Notes: generated from the letters alone by a model not told the origin. 62,619 nucleotides of DNA, filler included, from Sphacelaria rigidula (GCA_964200075.2; 11 parts of 11 records of this genome joined end to end with filler, not necessarily neighbours in it), one strand, 5' to 3'. Shown: positions 24,051-36,680, counted from the first letter of the whole stretch. Numbers and translations are program-made.

Positions 24051-25703
24051 TCTCTTACTTCTACCTTCACGTGCTTGATTGTTCTTCCCCTTGCCGGTTT
24101 GATCGTTGTCTATTCGCTTCGGGCCGCCATCTCTCCTCCCCTTCCTCTCCCGGGCATTCACCTGTTCCTGCCTCTCTTTTCCCTCCGTTTGCCCGTGCAC
24201 TACGTCTTAGTTTTGGCATTCCGTTAGCTATGCATACTTCCCATCCTACCCTTCTAATCCATGCGGGTACCCTACTTGTTTTGTTCCTTTCTCACTCCTT
24301 GCTCGCGCCTTGTATTAGTGTGACTCGGAATGTGCCCCCCCTCCTTTTTTTCTACTTTATCTCCTGCCAAACAGTATAATTCAACTTCATCGCATTTCTT
24401 TTTCAACTCTTTTCTCGTCATTTCGCTACGGATTCCAAATACTAGCACTATTTGGACTTTACTTGATCACTGTTTACTCCTCCCTCCGCCCTTCCTCACC
24501 GCCTCTCTCTCGATCTCCATCGAGATAATCTCCAGCTTGTTCGTTTCAATTGTATTGGTGGGATATCTTCAACGTACTGGGACATCTCAATCCTAGTACC
24601 CGTTGGGGGTCTGGTGCCTTTCAGTTCTTCTGCCGGCTCACCGACACAAAATACGCCTCCAATATGGGCTCGTAGCCTGAAGCCGAGGTCAATACCTTTG
24701 ACACCAGTACCCCACGTTTGTGCCAGGTGATCTCCATGGTAAACCATCTAGGCGTCCCACGATCGAATCTTCTATTTTCTCGCCCCGCTGCTGTACTAGT
24801 CACTGTCCTCCAGGGAGGTCATTTTCACCGAGTAAGGTTCGAGGACGGCGTGCATAGTACAAGGTCTTACTCACATCTGGACGTCCCGTACATCCCTGTT
24901 CCACCCCGTATATGGTTCATCATGGGTCGCTACTCAACTGATGCTGCCGAGTAGACCTTCGATACCGAGCGCTTGGCCAACGATCCCCCAAACGTCGTAC
25001 CAGCCTCTACTCTTCAAGATCTCAAGAAGTCTACGTGCCGCTTGGTGCTCCTCCTCGTAGTTCATGTGGTCGGTCATCGGTAAGGTGCTTATTTCATGAG
25101 TGTAGTGTGTCTTGACGTTTACGTCTTGAATCATCCACCCCTTCTTTTCATTAGGCGCCATTTGCACCTGATGTCGGGAATTTCTGGAAATGGCTGACCA
25201 GACTTCCACCTCCCGACGGACAACGATGAGGTTTTACGGGTATCTCACCACGCGACCCCAACCTCCACGTGAGCTTGACATGGAGGGGGTGATCACCCTA
25301 CCCTATCGGTACTGGTTATATCATCTGTACTTTCGATTTGCGGGTAAGGTGGTCAAGCTTCACGCTACTACTCACATGTCTAGGTTTTGGCTTCATTCTT
25401 GTCTTCCGTTTGTTATGATATGGGGGGGGAACTCTCGGTTGTGTTCCGACTTGGTATGAGAAAGTACATCCGGTACTGTTTTGGTATTCCACTTTTATGT
25501 TCGATTTGTGTTATGGTAGGTCAAAGAAAAGAAGGATTGACTTCTTTACTCCATGTGTCTATGTCCGGACTGTGCTTTGATGGGTTAATGAAAACCGAAA
25601 GATAGCCGCTTTGTTTCATGTTTTGTCCGGGCTGTGTTACGGTGGGTTAATAAAAGAGAGGATCAACTACTATATTCCATGCTTATGTCCGGGCTATCTT
25701 ATG

Positions 25704-25969
25704 TACACTTTCTACGACCCCCCCCAAAAAAAAATAAAAAAACTAGCCCAAACGTGTCACGAAAAAATGGCCGTGCAGCGCTTGATGTATGGGCTCGGGC
25801 TGAACGAAGCTTTTCATATGGGCGGTATTGGCGAAAACGAACCCCACGAGCACAAGCGTGGGAACTCCCAGCTGCTCGTTGCGCTCGGCTTTTTCCGGTT
25901 CGATTTACGTGAAGATCTTGCCTCCCTAAACCAGGCACTTTTGGCGGCGAGGCTATCGTAGAAAGTGTC
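25704..25969. mobile_element. MITE family A, 4-bp TSD TATG
   Basis: Inverted ends (T)ACACTTTCTACGA...TCGTAGAAAGTGTC, flanked by TATG on both sides. Confidence 0.8.
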
Positions 25970-28109
25970 TATGATAGGTGAACCCTTTTGGAACCCTCCC
26001 CTCCAGTACTCGGGCCAGACGCCTCATCATGAGAAACCCTGACAAAGAAGAAAACATGGAAACAGAAAAGGCCGACGGCAACCATCTTTACTGTGGAAGA
26101 TCAAAGAAGACCCCAGACGCACACGTCATGGGTGTACTGAAAATGAAACCCGGAGCGGTCGGGTTGGGTTCGTCCAAAGATATCACGCGACGGGCGAAGC
26201 GTATCCAATTGTGTGCATCGACCAAACGCTCGCAGAACAGTACACACTCTTACATATGTGGTTTTTTCATTACAATCTGTGAAATACCTCAATTCGAGTT
26301 CGGTGCCCGAATATGTCACATTAGTATACTTGGACTTGGACTGGCGGACTATTAATAGTATACTTGAACCGAGAGTAGTGTACCGTTTTAGTGGGCTGCA
26401 TCATCAAGAGCTCGCGAGCGTAGGAAGCCACACTATACGGCCGGCGACAATGATATGGCGGAGCACGTGGAAATCCCGTCGCGACATGTGGAAGCGCTGA
26501 AGAGCTACCCATATGCAGTTCACGTTCAGCTGGAAGAGGTAGCCGAGAAGTACGGCCAGGACGCTGCCAGGCGTTTCGCTGAAAACGCTGCAAGAGCGGC
26601 TGGGGCAGCCCATTGCCCCCGGCGCACACACTGCCCCCTCCGCTTGCTTACTGAGCACCAGCACAGTAAGCGAAGCAAGAGAAGACGCTGCGAGGCATAG
26701 GCACACAGGATTATGTGGAAGACATCAGGTGAACGTGATTGTCAGCGTCCAGACAGGCGACATACTGGCAAATGGCCGACAAGCGACCGGGACAGCCTTT
26801 CGCAACCAGCCTAACCCAACTACAACCACGAGTACAATCAGTAGACACACTTCACTACAGTCGAGTACAACTGAATAACGATGTTACGGGGCTCCATGCA
26901 AGAAGATATAAGGTGTGTAACACCATTGTATGACACCCCAACGCCGCCGACGAGGACATACGGTCCGAACGCGACAGCGCAAGCAGGAGTAAAATACCTC
27001 ACGCAGCACAAAGTGGGGCTGTGGAACGTTCGGGCATGATCAACCCGCATTATGGAGGTGGGCATGAGTAGTAGTAACGGCCCCCGCCTACGCTGTACCG
27101 GGAGTATGTATAACGGCGGGGTGCATGGCACCCTCGTCGCCGTTATGGAATGATCAAACCGCGGTGTGGTGCCGCATAAATGCGCACGGCGGAGTACAAT
27201 AGCGTACATGACGTGAGTTTACACTTGAAAACCGCTGAAAACATCATGAACACGCGCAGTACAGAGGGGTAGGTGAACACATCCCCACAGGGCCTGGCGG
27301 TGACGGCTTCCGAGTACTGACAGAAGACGGGAGCATAACTGAGGTAAATGTGCCGTCGGCGTCGCCTTTGTTATTGCAACTCAGGCGCAGGCTTTCTGTG
27401 ATACGGCACGAAGCATGTACTGCAGCGTGTTTCACAAAGGTCAGCCATGCACTCTGGCGGCGGTTACAAAACACCGGCGGGTCAAGCAATTTGTCTCACC
27501 CGTTGAATAGAAACCTTTATTTTCTTCCACGTTCCATTCGCACGGGTCTGAAAAACACGCTTTGGGCGAACCGTTTGTTCAAGGGCTGTAAGAAACCAAC
27601 CATTTCTTGCCCGGATAAACGTCAAATGTCAATCATCAACTTTCCATCAACGGTTCCACAAGGGTTGAAGATAAAAGGAGGGTTGGTTTCTTTTCATGTC
27701 CATGTCAGGGCTGCATTTGGTAGCTTGAAGAAAAAGGAGGGCTGGCTTCTTCATTTCTCGTCTACGTCAGGGCTGTATTACGGTAAGTTAAATAAAGGAG
27801 AGTTAGAGATCGGACTAATGTGCGGAAAAAATAATGAAGTAATAAATAAACTTCTGTATCTCATGCCCATGTCTGGGCTGTGATATGGTATTAGAGAAAG
27901 AAGTAAAGCTTCGGCATATCACGTCCATATCCATTTTGTGTCTCTAGGTAAAAGCCATTTGGCTTGTTTAGGTTTTCATATGTCTGTTGCGTCTGTCGAT
28001 CCAAGACTTTCTTCCTCCGGTGGCGGTCCCTGGTGTATTTACGGTGACAGCCAGTATGAGATTTCGGTGGATTGGTTTACAGCGCCGTTGCCCCTCGACG
28101 CCAACCCAC

Positions 28110-28330
28110 GAGTCTAGCGAGAGGAAGGGGGGTATTTTGGGCCACTTCTTGCACGCAATTTTAGGTCATATCGTCGTTGAAACCAGCAATGATTCTTTGA
28201 ACGAGCTCGTTGTACATATATAACGCTCATTCATGCTGCTTGACGCCGTTTTAACCAAATACAGGCGCACCGCGGGTGTGGCGGGTCGTCTGGCAGACCC
28301 TAGGGGATTCCTTTTGTCGTGCAATCAAGT

Positions 28331-28370
<40 letters not shown>
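28110..28370. mobile_element. decayed MITE family B copy
   Basis: Interior GGGGGTATTTTGGGCC...AACGCTCAT...CCAAATACAGGCGCACCGCGGGTGTGGC...GTGCAATCAAGTACCCC is homologous to 35422-35672. Confidence 0.65.
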
Positions 28371-28372
<2 letters not shown>

Positions 28373-28808
28373 ACGCGCCCGAAAGAACGCGTGCGGGCCA
28401 TGGGTGAGGAGNNNNNNNNNNNNNNNNNNNNNNNNNNNNNNNNNNNNNNNNNNNNTTAATTAATTAANNNNNNNNNNNNNNNNNNNNNNNNNNNNNNNNN
28501 NNNNNNNNNNNACGCGAAAGCACCAATTTCGGGCTAAAAACATCCCCTTTTTCGCCCCGATATCGTGGCGAAAGTGGTGCTTTCGCACATACGCTTTGGG
28601 GGCACGGAAGACAAGCAACCCCCGAAATAGTTTTAAGGAGATCGGGGAGCATGAGGTCGTCCATGTGAAATTCATTGGTCATGACTCTAGGTCAGGGAAA
28701 GCACTGTTTTTGAGTTGAAACTCATCAAAATGTTGAACCTCAATAAGAAATCTAGGCTGTTATATGCGCTTTTTGGTACCCCTGTGGTCACCGGGGCTGT
28801 GTTGCTTA

Positions 28809-29739
28809 TACCCTGGACAATACAACTTGTTCCGATATGATACCAATACCTTGTATTGGAGCCAGCTCAAATATTGTCCTTTCAAAATATATTGTGTTGA
28901 AATGTCCTCGGAGACATTGGAGCAACAAAATATATTGCTCGTGTCATGGTCATGAAGTAATGTATGATAATATATATTGGACATACCTTTGCTCTGGGAA
29001 TAAAACGTTCAATATATATTGTGCATGCCGGCCGTGTATGTATTGAAGTGTCAAAATATATGTTGAGTTGAAGCGATACGTAGCATATTGTTACCATAAA
29101 CTATATTGAACGCAAACTATGCAAAAAGTATTGTTTTCCCAATATATATATATATATATATATATATTGCGCACGCTCATCGCACAGCTATTGTGCAGCC
29201 AATAAATATTGAACACGCTCGCAGAGGAAGATATTGAGCGTTTTCGGCATGTGGTTATACTTCTTTCAATGACGCCCGCGAACATAGAGTTGCCCATCAT
29301 ACTAATTCCAATACACTTTGCAATCTACATGTTGAAAATCAAAATATATTGCTACACCAATATGTATTGTGACCGTCCGTTCCCTCGTGTATTGTCCGCC
29401 CAATATATATTGGACGCATTGGCGCACGACATATTGGGGCGGCAATGTATATATTGGCGCTGCGGGTGTTGAGTATATTAAATAATCAATATATATATAT
29501 ATAATGACCTCGTGTGGCAGCCAATATATCACTCCACAAATATATGTTGGTGCCTTCTCGCACCAACATATTTCTCGGCTAATATATACTGAGGTGGCGC
29601 GTATCGTGATATGTTGTCCGGTCGATATATATTGCATGTCGCGAGCCTTGACATATTGCTCGCCCAGTATATATTGACCACCCGATGCGTCGGCATATTG
29701 AGCGGGCAATATATATTACATATTGTATTGTCCAGGGTG
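28809..29739. mobile_element. ~930-bp non-autonomous TIR element dense in ATATATTG/CAATATAT motifs
   Basis: TIR (T/C)ACCCTGGACAATACAA...TTGTATTGTCCAGGGTG. A second copy lies at ~49976-50878 and a related partial copy starts at ~49238. Confidence 0.8.
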
Positions 29740-29866
29740 TGAAATATTTATACCCACTCCAAATACGAAAAAATATGGTTCCATTCCTTCACCTACTGGT
29801 AGCTATTGACAAGTACTAAACGTCGTTTATGCAAATTTGGATTTCGAAAACCGAAATATTGGGGTC

Positions 29867-30028
29867 TGTCGCCGAATGATACCAAGCCGTAGGTTTTAGT
29901 ACAGTCGTATTCATGATTGGAGCAGTCGCAGGGGACAGGGGATCCTGGATTGATTACCCTTATCTGTGTGGCCCCTTGCTGTTTAGCTCTTGATGTGGTC
30001 TGTAGAGGATATCTCTGTGATAAAAACA
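29867..30028 (+). repeat. gypsy 5' LTR
   Basis: TGTCGCCGAATGATACC...GATAAAAACA, a direct repeat of 33878-34039. Confidence 0.9.
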
Positions 30029-32904
30029 AGTGAGAAAAAAGGACTCGTTGAGCACGAGGCCAGTGCTGCTGGAGGAATCCCTCGTGGATAGTCCTCTTGT
30101 CCAGATCGGGTGGCAGAGGCTATAATATCTAGATATTATGTTTCCGGCACTCTGTTAGAAGAGGAGTTTTGGCTGAGGAGACATTGGGCTGCAGCGAAGA
30201 GCCAGTTTAGCCCGGAGACAGGAGGAGACCAGTCTGAAGCGCACAGCATTCGAAGAACGCTCCGTGAGCTGGAGGACGCACAAGTCAGGCAAGAGTATCT
30301 CCGTGGAGTGTTTGAAGCATAGACGACATGGCTCAAGCGGCGGCAGCACCGCTGGTGTTAGGTGAGCTACAGTCGCCAAAGTATGGTGAAGTATGGACCG
30401 AGGAAGCATCACGTTGGTTTTTGCAAGATACCTTGAATACATGGAGCGGTGGCGTCTAGTGAATTCCGAAGGAATCATACGGCATGAGAAGATGAGCATA
30501 GGGCAACGTATCCCTACATACCTTCACCGCTGCTTCGAAGACATGTACAAGGACGGTCGGGCTATGACCCCCGATGAATCGATTGATGCTGTGAAGCAGC
30601 ATGCCGGTTATTCTACAACCGGTGGAAAGCATGACCCTACGCAGGCTGCAGCAGACCTGCGTAGGATACTTACAATGAAGCAAAGCGATGGAAAGTCCGT
30701 GAAGGATCGTGCTATGATGGTTAGTTCAGACTCGGAACGGTTTCTTGCTGAAAATCTGATGGTGCAGGGGATATACCGTGCGGAGGACAGGCGTTGGTTG
30801 CCTGACCCAGCCCAGTCGGTTTCCATAGCTTTGGTGGACGGGATTTCGCCCCCGGAATTCAAGGCGTATGTGAGAAGTGTACTAACGTATGTTGATGGCT
30901 GGAAAGAGAACCCGACATTAGTGTTAAAAAAATATTCGAGGTGGCCAACCAGTGGAAGTTCATTGAAGCACATGAGCGGCGCGACTCTGCAACAAGCCCA
31001 GGTGGTATACGCCGCAAATAGCAACAGCAACAGAAACAGCAGCCGTCGTCGCGAGAGTCGTCCACTCCCGCGTGTTACAACTGCGGCAACACCAGACACA
31101 TGATCAAGGACTGCCCCAATCCTCGCGCTCGAGGCGCGGCACAGGGCAATGCACGAGACTTATCAGGATCTCGGGGCGGTCGTCACGGTGGACGGGGCCG
31201 TGCCAATCAGGGACGCGGGCGCAGCGGCCGCGGCAGCAAACAATCGGCGGCGGATGATGGTACCTCCGCTGCTGTTTCTTCCACCACATCATCAGGTGGT
31301 GACTCTGGGTATTATGTTTCGTCCGTAGCAGGGCGGGCAGTGTAAGTGGAAAACGCTAATACTCCGGTGGGGAGTGCTGGAGCGAATAGCTCGCAACCCA
31401 TGTGCCAGGCAGGATCCGTGTCTGGTGCATTCCCTACTGCCGCGACGGTTGTGACAGCGTCGTCTGCATATTCGGCGACTTGGTCTGGTTGGACAGACGA
31501 TTCGCAGCTATCGATGCCAAGTGCTGGAGGGCAGCCCTGGCGTCAGGTGACTCTTGAGACAGAACAGGGTTCTTCGGCAGGCGTGGTACCTGTCGATCGC
31601 AAGGCTGAATGCTTACGCGTAGATTCAGCCTTGCCTGGGTCTGTAGCTTCGTTCATGGCCGGCGTTATTCTGGATTCTGGGTCCGCTCTCACGTCGATCG
31701 GTGTGGGGTTGCTTGAGCAAATATCTTCGCAGTTTGGCGGCGCTCAGGTTCAGATTCCGTTAGAAAACGGACCGCAAACGGCGCAGACCGCCAAGAGTGC
31801 TCCCGTGACGGTTACACACAAAACGGTACCAAGTACTGTTAGCGTGCGTACGCCGTGGGGGGCTGTGCAGTTGCAGCCCATTACTTTCGCTGTCATACCC
31901 GGTAAGGACAGCGTGGTTATATTTGGGATGGCGACGATGAAGGAACTTGGGATTGATTTGTATCCGCTGGCGTTGAAGAACTTACGCGCGCATACTATGC
32001 CGGTGCAAACCGCCGTGGAAAACCCCAGTTACCTTGCTGCAAGGCGTGTGATCGTATCCATACGGTCCTTCAAGAGGGAAAATGAGGAGGAGGCTTCTGC
32101 CGATAAAAGCGGTAGAGCGCTTGGTCGATCGGGGGCCTGATATGTTCATGGATGCAGCAGAGGAGCGAGGTGCACGAGAACGTACGCTTGAGGATAGTGT
32201 GCGGCAGCCCGAGCGGAAATACCTGAGCGCCGATGGCGCACATTGTCTGCGCGATATTTTGGCTCGTCGCGTAGATACATTTTGTCGTGCGCCGCGTGGT
32301 AATCCGCCAGCGCGCGTGGAGCCAATGAAGGAGGCTGTGAAGAACAAGCTTCGCCGCTGCGACCCGGTGAAGCCCGTGTGGCTTGCTTCATGCATCGCAA
32401 TTTTGGTGGCATTCGGTTTGGTGAGGACTAATCAGGCTGTGTGGGCGAGTCCGGCGATGGCGGTGCCGAAGAGGGACACAGTCCGTTCGGACAGCGACTA
32501 TCAGGCGGTGAACGCGCAAGTGGAATAATCCCCGGGGGTGATGCCAAGCCAAGAAGACATGCGAGAGTTGCTGGGAGTCCAACAACAAAATTGGCATGTC
32601 AGTGAACACATTCCTGGAGAGCGCATTTTTGGGGGAAATTTGTTGTCTCGCTTGGTGAAGGTTCCTACCGTGCCTGCTCGTTATGTGGCCGTGTACAGCC
32701 CGTGTAATGTCGATGATTCGCTTCCCTCGCTAGATGTCATTCGTACCGCGCAGCGCAAAACACGTGCGTTGCGGTCTATTTTGTCGGAAAAAAGACGGCC
32801 AGTGTCTGAATGGGTTGATGTTCTGCCAGCCGCTCAGTGGGCGTTGAATACTTTTTTTCGTGAACGCTACCGTAACACTCCGTATTGTGTGATGTTTGAG
32901 CGCA

Positions 32905-33117
32905 CTGTAATGCGTGAGAGGACCGTGTGCTTAGAGGACCGCGCCCTAGGTCAAAGCACCTCAGGATCAACGCTTTTCAAAACCAATCGGGTCAGTCCTT
33001 GGAGGTACCACGCCCATGACCCGAACCCCAACACTAACCCCAACCCTAACCCTAACGCTCGGGGTGTTCAAATTCCGATGCGGTCCTCTAAGCACGCGGT
33101 CCTCTCACGCATTACAG
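32905..33117. mobile_element. complete 213-bp MITE with ~38-bp TIRs and internal telomere-like (CCCTAA) repeats, inserted in the gypsy integrase remnant
   Basis: CTGTAATGCGTGAGAGGACCGTGTGCTTAGAGGACCGC...GCGGTCCTCTAAGCACGCGGTCCTCTCACGCATTACAG; flanks are CA and TA; CCCAACACTAACCCCAACCCTAACCCTAAC at ~33027-33056. Confidence 0.9.
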
Positions 33118-33877
33118 TACATCGCGTAGAGCGTTTTCCGCGCTGGCTTCTGTCACGAGCTGCGAGTGGAACGTCGATGTCATGGATGCTGATTCGTTTC
33201 GTGACGAGGTTCAAGGCGTGGTTGACGAGCAAGTGCGGTTTTGTAACGAAGTGCAAGCTGCTGTCGCGGTGTCTCGCAAAACCAAACGCGAGCTTGCTCA
33301 GGGCCAGGCTGTGTTGCCCAAGTTTGCAGTTGCAGCAGGAGATTTCGTATTGTATGCCCATGTTCGTGGGCAGGGTGTGACGCCAGAGTTGATTTCCACG
33401 TGGACAGGTCCGTGGCGTGTGGTCGGAGCCGATCATGCTCGCGGGTATTCGGTGCAGAGCATTGCTTCGGGCGCCATGCACTCGGCCCATGTCGCTCGTT
33501 TACGTTTCTATGCAGACTCGCAGTTGCACATCACTGCGAAACTACAAGATGTATTTCAGCATTCGTATGCTCAAGGTGAATGTCGGATGAATGTTTTGGT
33601 GTACGTCGCTGAGGATGACAATGGTGATGTCCTTGGTTTTGTCGATTGGGAAGGGTTCGGTGCTGAAGAACATACGTGGGAGTCTTTTCGCAAAATTCAA
33701 TCTTCTGCGCCTGAATATGTTTTGAAGGAACTGCGTAAAATGCGGTTTACTCGGGCGCTGGCCAGTAAATTAGCGTCGTAGTATGGTGTTTCTTTGTGAT
33801 CTGGCGCATGCGATTTCGCCTTGATTTTTGTTGGCTGTCAAGCTCGTTCGTATGTCTTGAACTCGCTTTGGGGACGC

Positions 33878-34039
33878 TGTAGCCGAATGATACCAAGCCG
33901 TAGGTTTCAGAATAGTCGCATGCATGATTGGAGCCGTCGCAGGGGACAGGGGATCCTGGATTGGTGACCCCTATCTGTGTGGCCCCTTGCTGTTTAGCTC
34001 ATGATGTGATCTGTAGAGGATCTCTCCACGATAACAACA
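33878..34039 (+). repeat. gypsy 3' LTR
   Basis: TGTAGCCGAATGATACC...GATAACAACA, preceded by PPT-like TTGGGGAC. Confidence 0.9.
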
Positions 34040-34659
34040 AATAACAACAAATTGTGAGAATTGAGGTTTAACTTCGAGATGAGGCTCAAGCCTAAAACAG
34101 TGCTTTCCCCACANNNNNNNNNNNNNNNNNNNNNNNNNNNNNNNNNNNNNNNNNNNNTTAATTAATTAANNNNNNNNNNNNNNNNNNNNNNNNNNNNNNN
34201 NNNNNNNNNNNNNGGCTTCTTTCGGTCGCTAGTGCTTCGCATCTTCCCTGCAAAAGATAAATGCCACTTCAACCCCATATCTTGCATCAACTCCATCATC
34301 TAGGATCCACTGTTATTTTTATTGCCAGTAAATATACGCGGCTGGGGGTGGGTCTGAATCAGCCGGTGCCGATACTGCTGCTGCTGCTGCTGCTGCTGCT
34401 CTTGATCGTAGACGGTCCGCGTTTTGACCGTGCGACAACACCCACGCACCTTGCGAGTGATAGCCACCGTGCTGGACAGCTCTGGGTACATACTACCCGC
34501 GGATGGGTTCATGCTTGCTTACTCGGCGAAGTTCTGAGAGATATAGCGGTGCGTATCTCTCTGTGGAAGCTGTGCACGCGGAGTGTGTCTCTCATGCGTG
34601 GCTACTGCTGATGATGGCATTGTTTGCTTTCTGTAAAAAACAATAGGGACATGAACTAG

Positions 34660-36160
34660 TATCTTTTATCCCCGAGTGGCGGAGCGCGAGTTCGTGAGTT
34701 ACATGATGCTGGTTTGTGGAGACCGTTCCGCGGAGAAGTCGCCCGGCGTGACCTGCCGTCGGACTGCGGGCTTTCTATTTCATCTGACAAATATCCCTCT
34801 TTGAACAGCCGCTGAAAATGATACTAGCAGCGAAGCAGATTTGGACCACGAGCAGATTTGAACCACGAGTAGTTTTGCACCGCCTCTATTGTCCATGAGC
34901 GCGTATGCAACTCGATCGCCCATCCCAACAGGTGGCTCAGTCGGTGGGCCCTGCCACAAAATTAGATGCCCAAGTTTTCGCCAACAAGAATAAACGCCAA
35001 AAGTGTGGTGGTGTCGGTTCAGGCACACGTTTCACTGCAGTAACGTTGGTGTGTGGCGGCCACGACTGCTGCAGTCCGTGTTCTTGTCTTGGCGCAGGCG
35101 TGTTGAGCTTTTCCGATTTTCGTACATGCACTGGCCATCATGGGGTCGGCAAATCCACCATTTTTGAGTTGACTGCCTGTACATACTGCAGAGGATATGT
35201 AAAGTAGTCAATTTGAGCCAACTCGTATCTTTTGCCAAGTAGTGCTCTATTTCGCTGGCAATCAATCCCTCATTCTAATTGTCGTCTCTGCGGTCTGCTA
35301 TGTGCTGAGCTAGTCTAACCCTACCGGCCTACAAAGAAAGGATAGCTTCGCGATTTATGAACGAGTATCCTTTATCCCCGAGTGGCGGAGGGCGAGTTCA
35401 TGAATTGTATGGTGCTGATTTGGGTCATCCTACGATAGAGGGGGGGTATTTCGGGCCGCTTTAAGCACGAAAATCCAAGGCAAATCGCTGTTGAAATCAG
35501 CCACGATTGCTCGAATGAGCTTGTTATAGATAAATAACGCTCATCCATACCGATTGACACCGCTTTGAACCAAATACAAGCGCATCGCGAGTGTGGCAGG
35601 TCGTCTGACACACATATTAGCCTCTTTTTTCGTGCAATCAAATACCCCCCCCCTCCTATCGTAGGATGACTCATTTAAGAAATGCGTTCCGGCGCAGAAG
35701 TCGCGCGGCATAACCTGCCGTCGGCTTACGGACTTTCTCCTTCATCTGACAAATATCCCTCTGTGAACAGCCACTCAAAATAATACCAGCAGCGAAGCAG
35801 ATTTGAACCACGAGTAGTTTTGCACCGACTCTACTGTCCATGAGCGCGTATGCATTTCGATCGCCCACCCCAACACGCAGCTCAGTCGGTGGGCCCTGCC
35901 ACAAAATTAGAAAATGATACGTACCGACAGCGAAGCAGATTTGGACCACGAGCAGTTTTGCACCGCCTCTGCTGTCCATGGGCGCGTATGTAATTCGATC
36001 GCCCACCCCAACACGCAACTCAGTCGGTGGACCCTGCCACAAAACTAGATGCCCCAGTTTTCGCCAACAAGGATAAACGCCAAAAGTGTGGTGGTGTCGA
36101 CTCGGCACACGTTTCACTGCAGTAACGCTGATGTGTGGCGGCCACGACTGCTGCAGTCCG
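34660..36160. repeat. tandem duplication (34660-35075 vs 35366-36160); the second copy carries a MITE and an internal ~140-bp duplication
   Basis: Shared TTTATCCCCGAGTGGCGGAG...TTCATCTGACAAATATCCCTC...CTCAGTCGGTGGGCCCTGCCACAAAA...CACACGTTTCACTGCAGTAACG. Confidence 0.8.
35422..35672. mobile_element. MITE family B, 4-bp TSD ATTT (Sola-like)
   Basis: TIR GGGTCATCCTACGATAGAGGGGGGGTATTT / AAATACCCCCCCCCTCCTATCGTAGGATGACTC; absent from the paralogous site at ~34715. Confidence 0.85.
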
Positions 36161-36257
36161 TGATCTTGTCTTGTTATGTTCGCAATGACGGTAAGCGTCG
36201 GTAGGTACCTCGAGGGCGTGTGCCTCCGTAGTAGTACAGCAGCAGCTGGACACTAGA

Positions 36258-36378
36258 GAGTTTCGGAAAACAAGAATAGGCCAGAAAAACTCGAGGATTA
36301 TTATCGATCAATTGAATTTTATTAAGAAGACAAATTATCCCTGAGTTTTTGGCTCAAAAGTTGGTTTCCGAAACTCTG
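36258..36378. mobile_element. short MITE with AGAGTTTCGGAAA termini; related sequence at ~50880-51100
   Basis: AGAGTTTCGGAAAAC...GTTTCCGAAACTCT inverted ends. Confidence 0.55.
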
Positions 36379-36680
36379 TACTACTACTATTAATTTGGGA
36401 ACAAGAGAAAGCAGCTGATGCATATTGTATACAGTCCGTCTTCAGGTTCTAAAAAAACACTGCAGAATTGCTGTGTTGTGTTCAGTGTAGGACTCTGTAC
36501 TCCATATAATGGGGTCACGTTTTGGGCAGTTTTTTTCAAGTTCTGCTTATTTTTTCAAAGTTCTGATTGGTTCTGAAAATATATTCTGAATAAAATAAGA
36601 CAGTTCTCCGTCACAGAAATCCAATGCCGAATCTGAAATGGCCTGAGACACTAACCAATTTGAAAATTGGAACTGCTTTT

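Larger units (their letters stand above)
29867..34039 (+). mobile_element. internally deleted Ty3/gypsy chromovirus-like LTR retrotransposon
   Basis: 162-bp TG...CA LTRs; gag with knuckle CYNCGNTRHMIKDC (~31073-31114); protease ILDSGS (~31670); RT start WASPAMAVPK...DYQAVN; RNase H tail HIPGE...LLSR; integrase tail EWVDVLPAAQWALNT and WTGPWRVV; chromodomain VDWEGFGAEEHTWE. The RT core and most of the integrase are missing. Confidence 0.92.
28695..34109. mobile_element. outer TIR element hosting nested insertions
   Basis: GGGAAAGCACTGTTTT...CTCATC...AACCTCAAT (28695-28744) is an imperfect inverted repeat of ATTGAGGTT...GATGAG...AAAACAGTGCTTTCCC (34060-34109). Confidence 0.6.

Noticed and set aside
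23429..24379. 316-aa plus-strand ORF
   Set aside because: Antisense to a purine-rich LINE remnant and spans an N gap.
24600..26700. Short ORF-like pieces such as 24934..25209 and 26455..26700
   Set aside because: No recognisable motif, frequent stops and no convincing splice chain.
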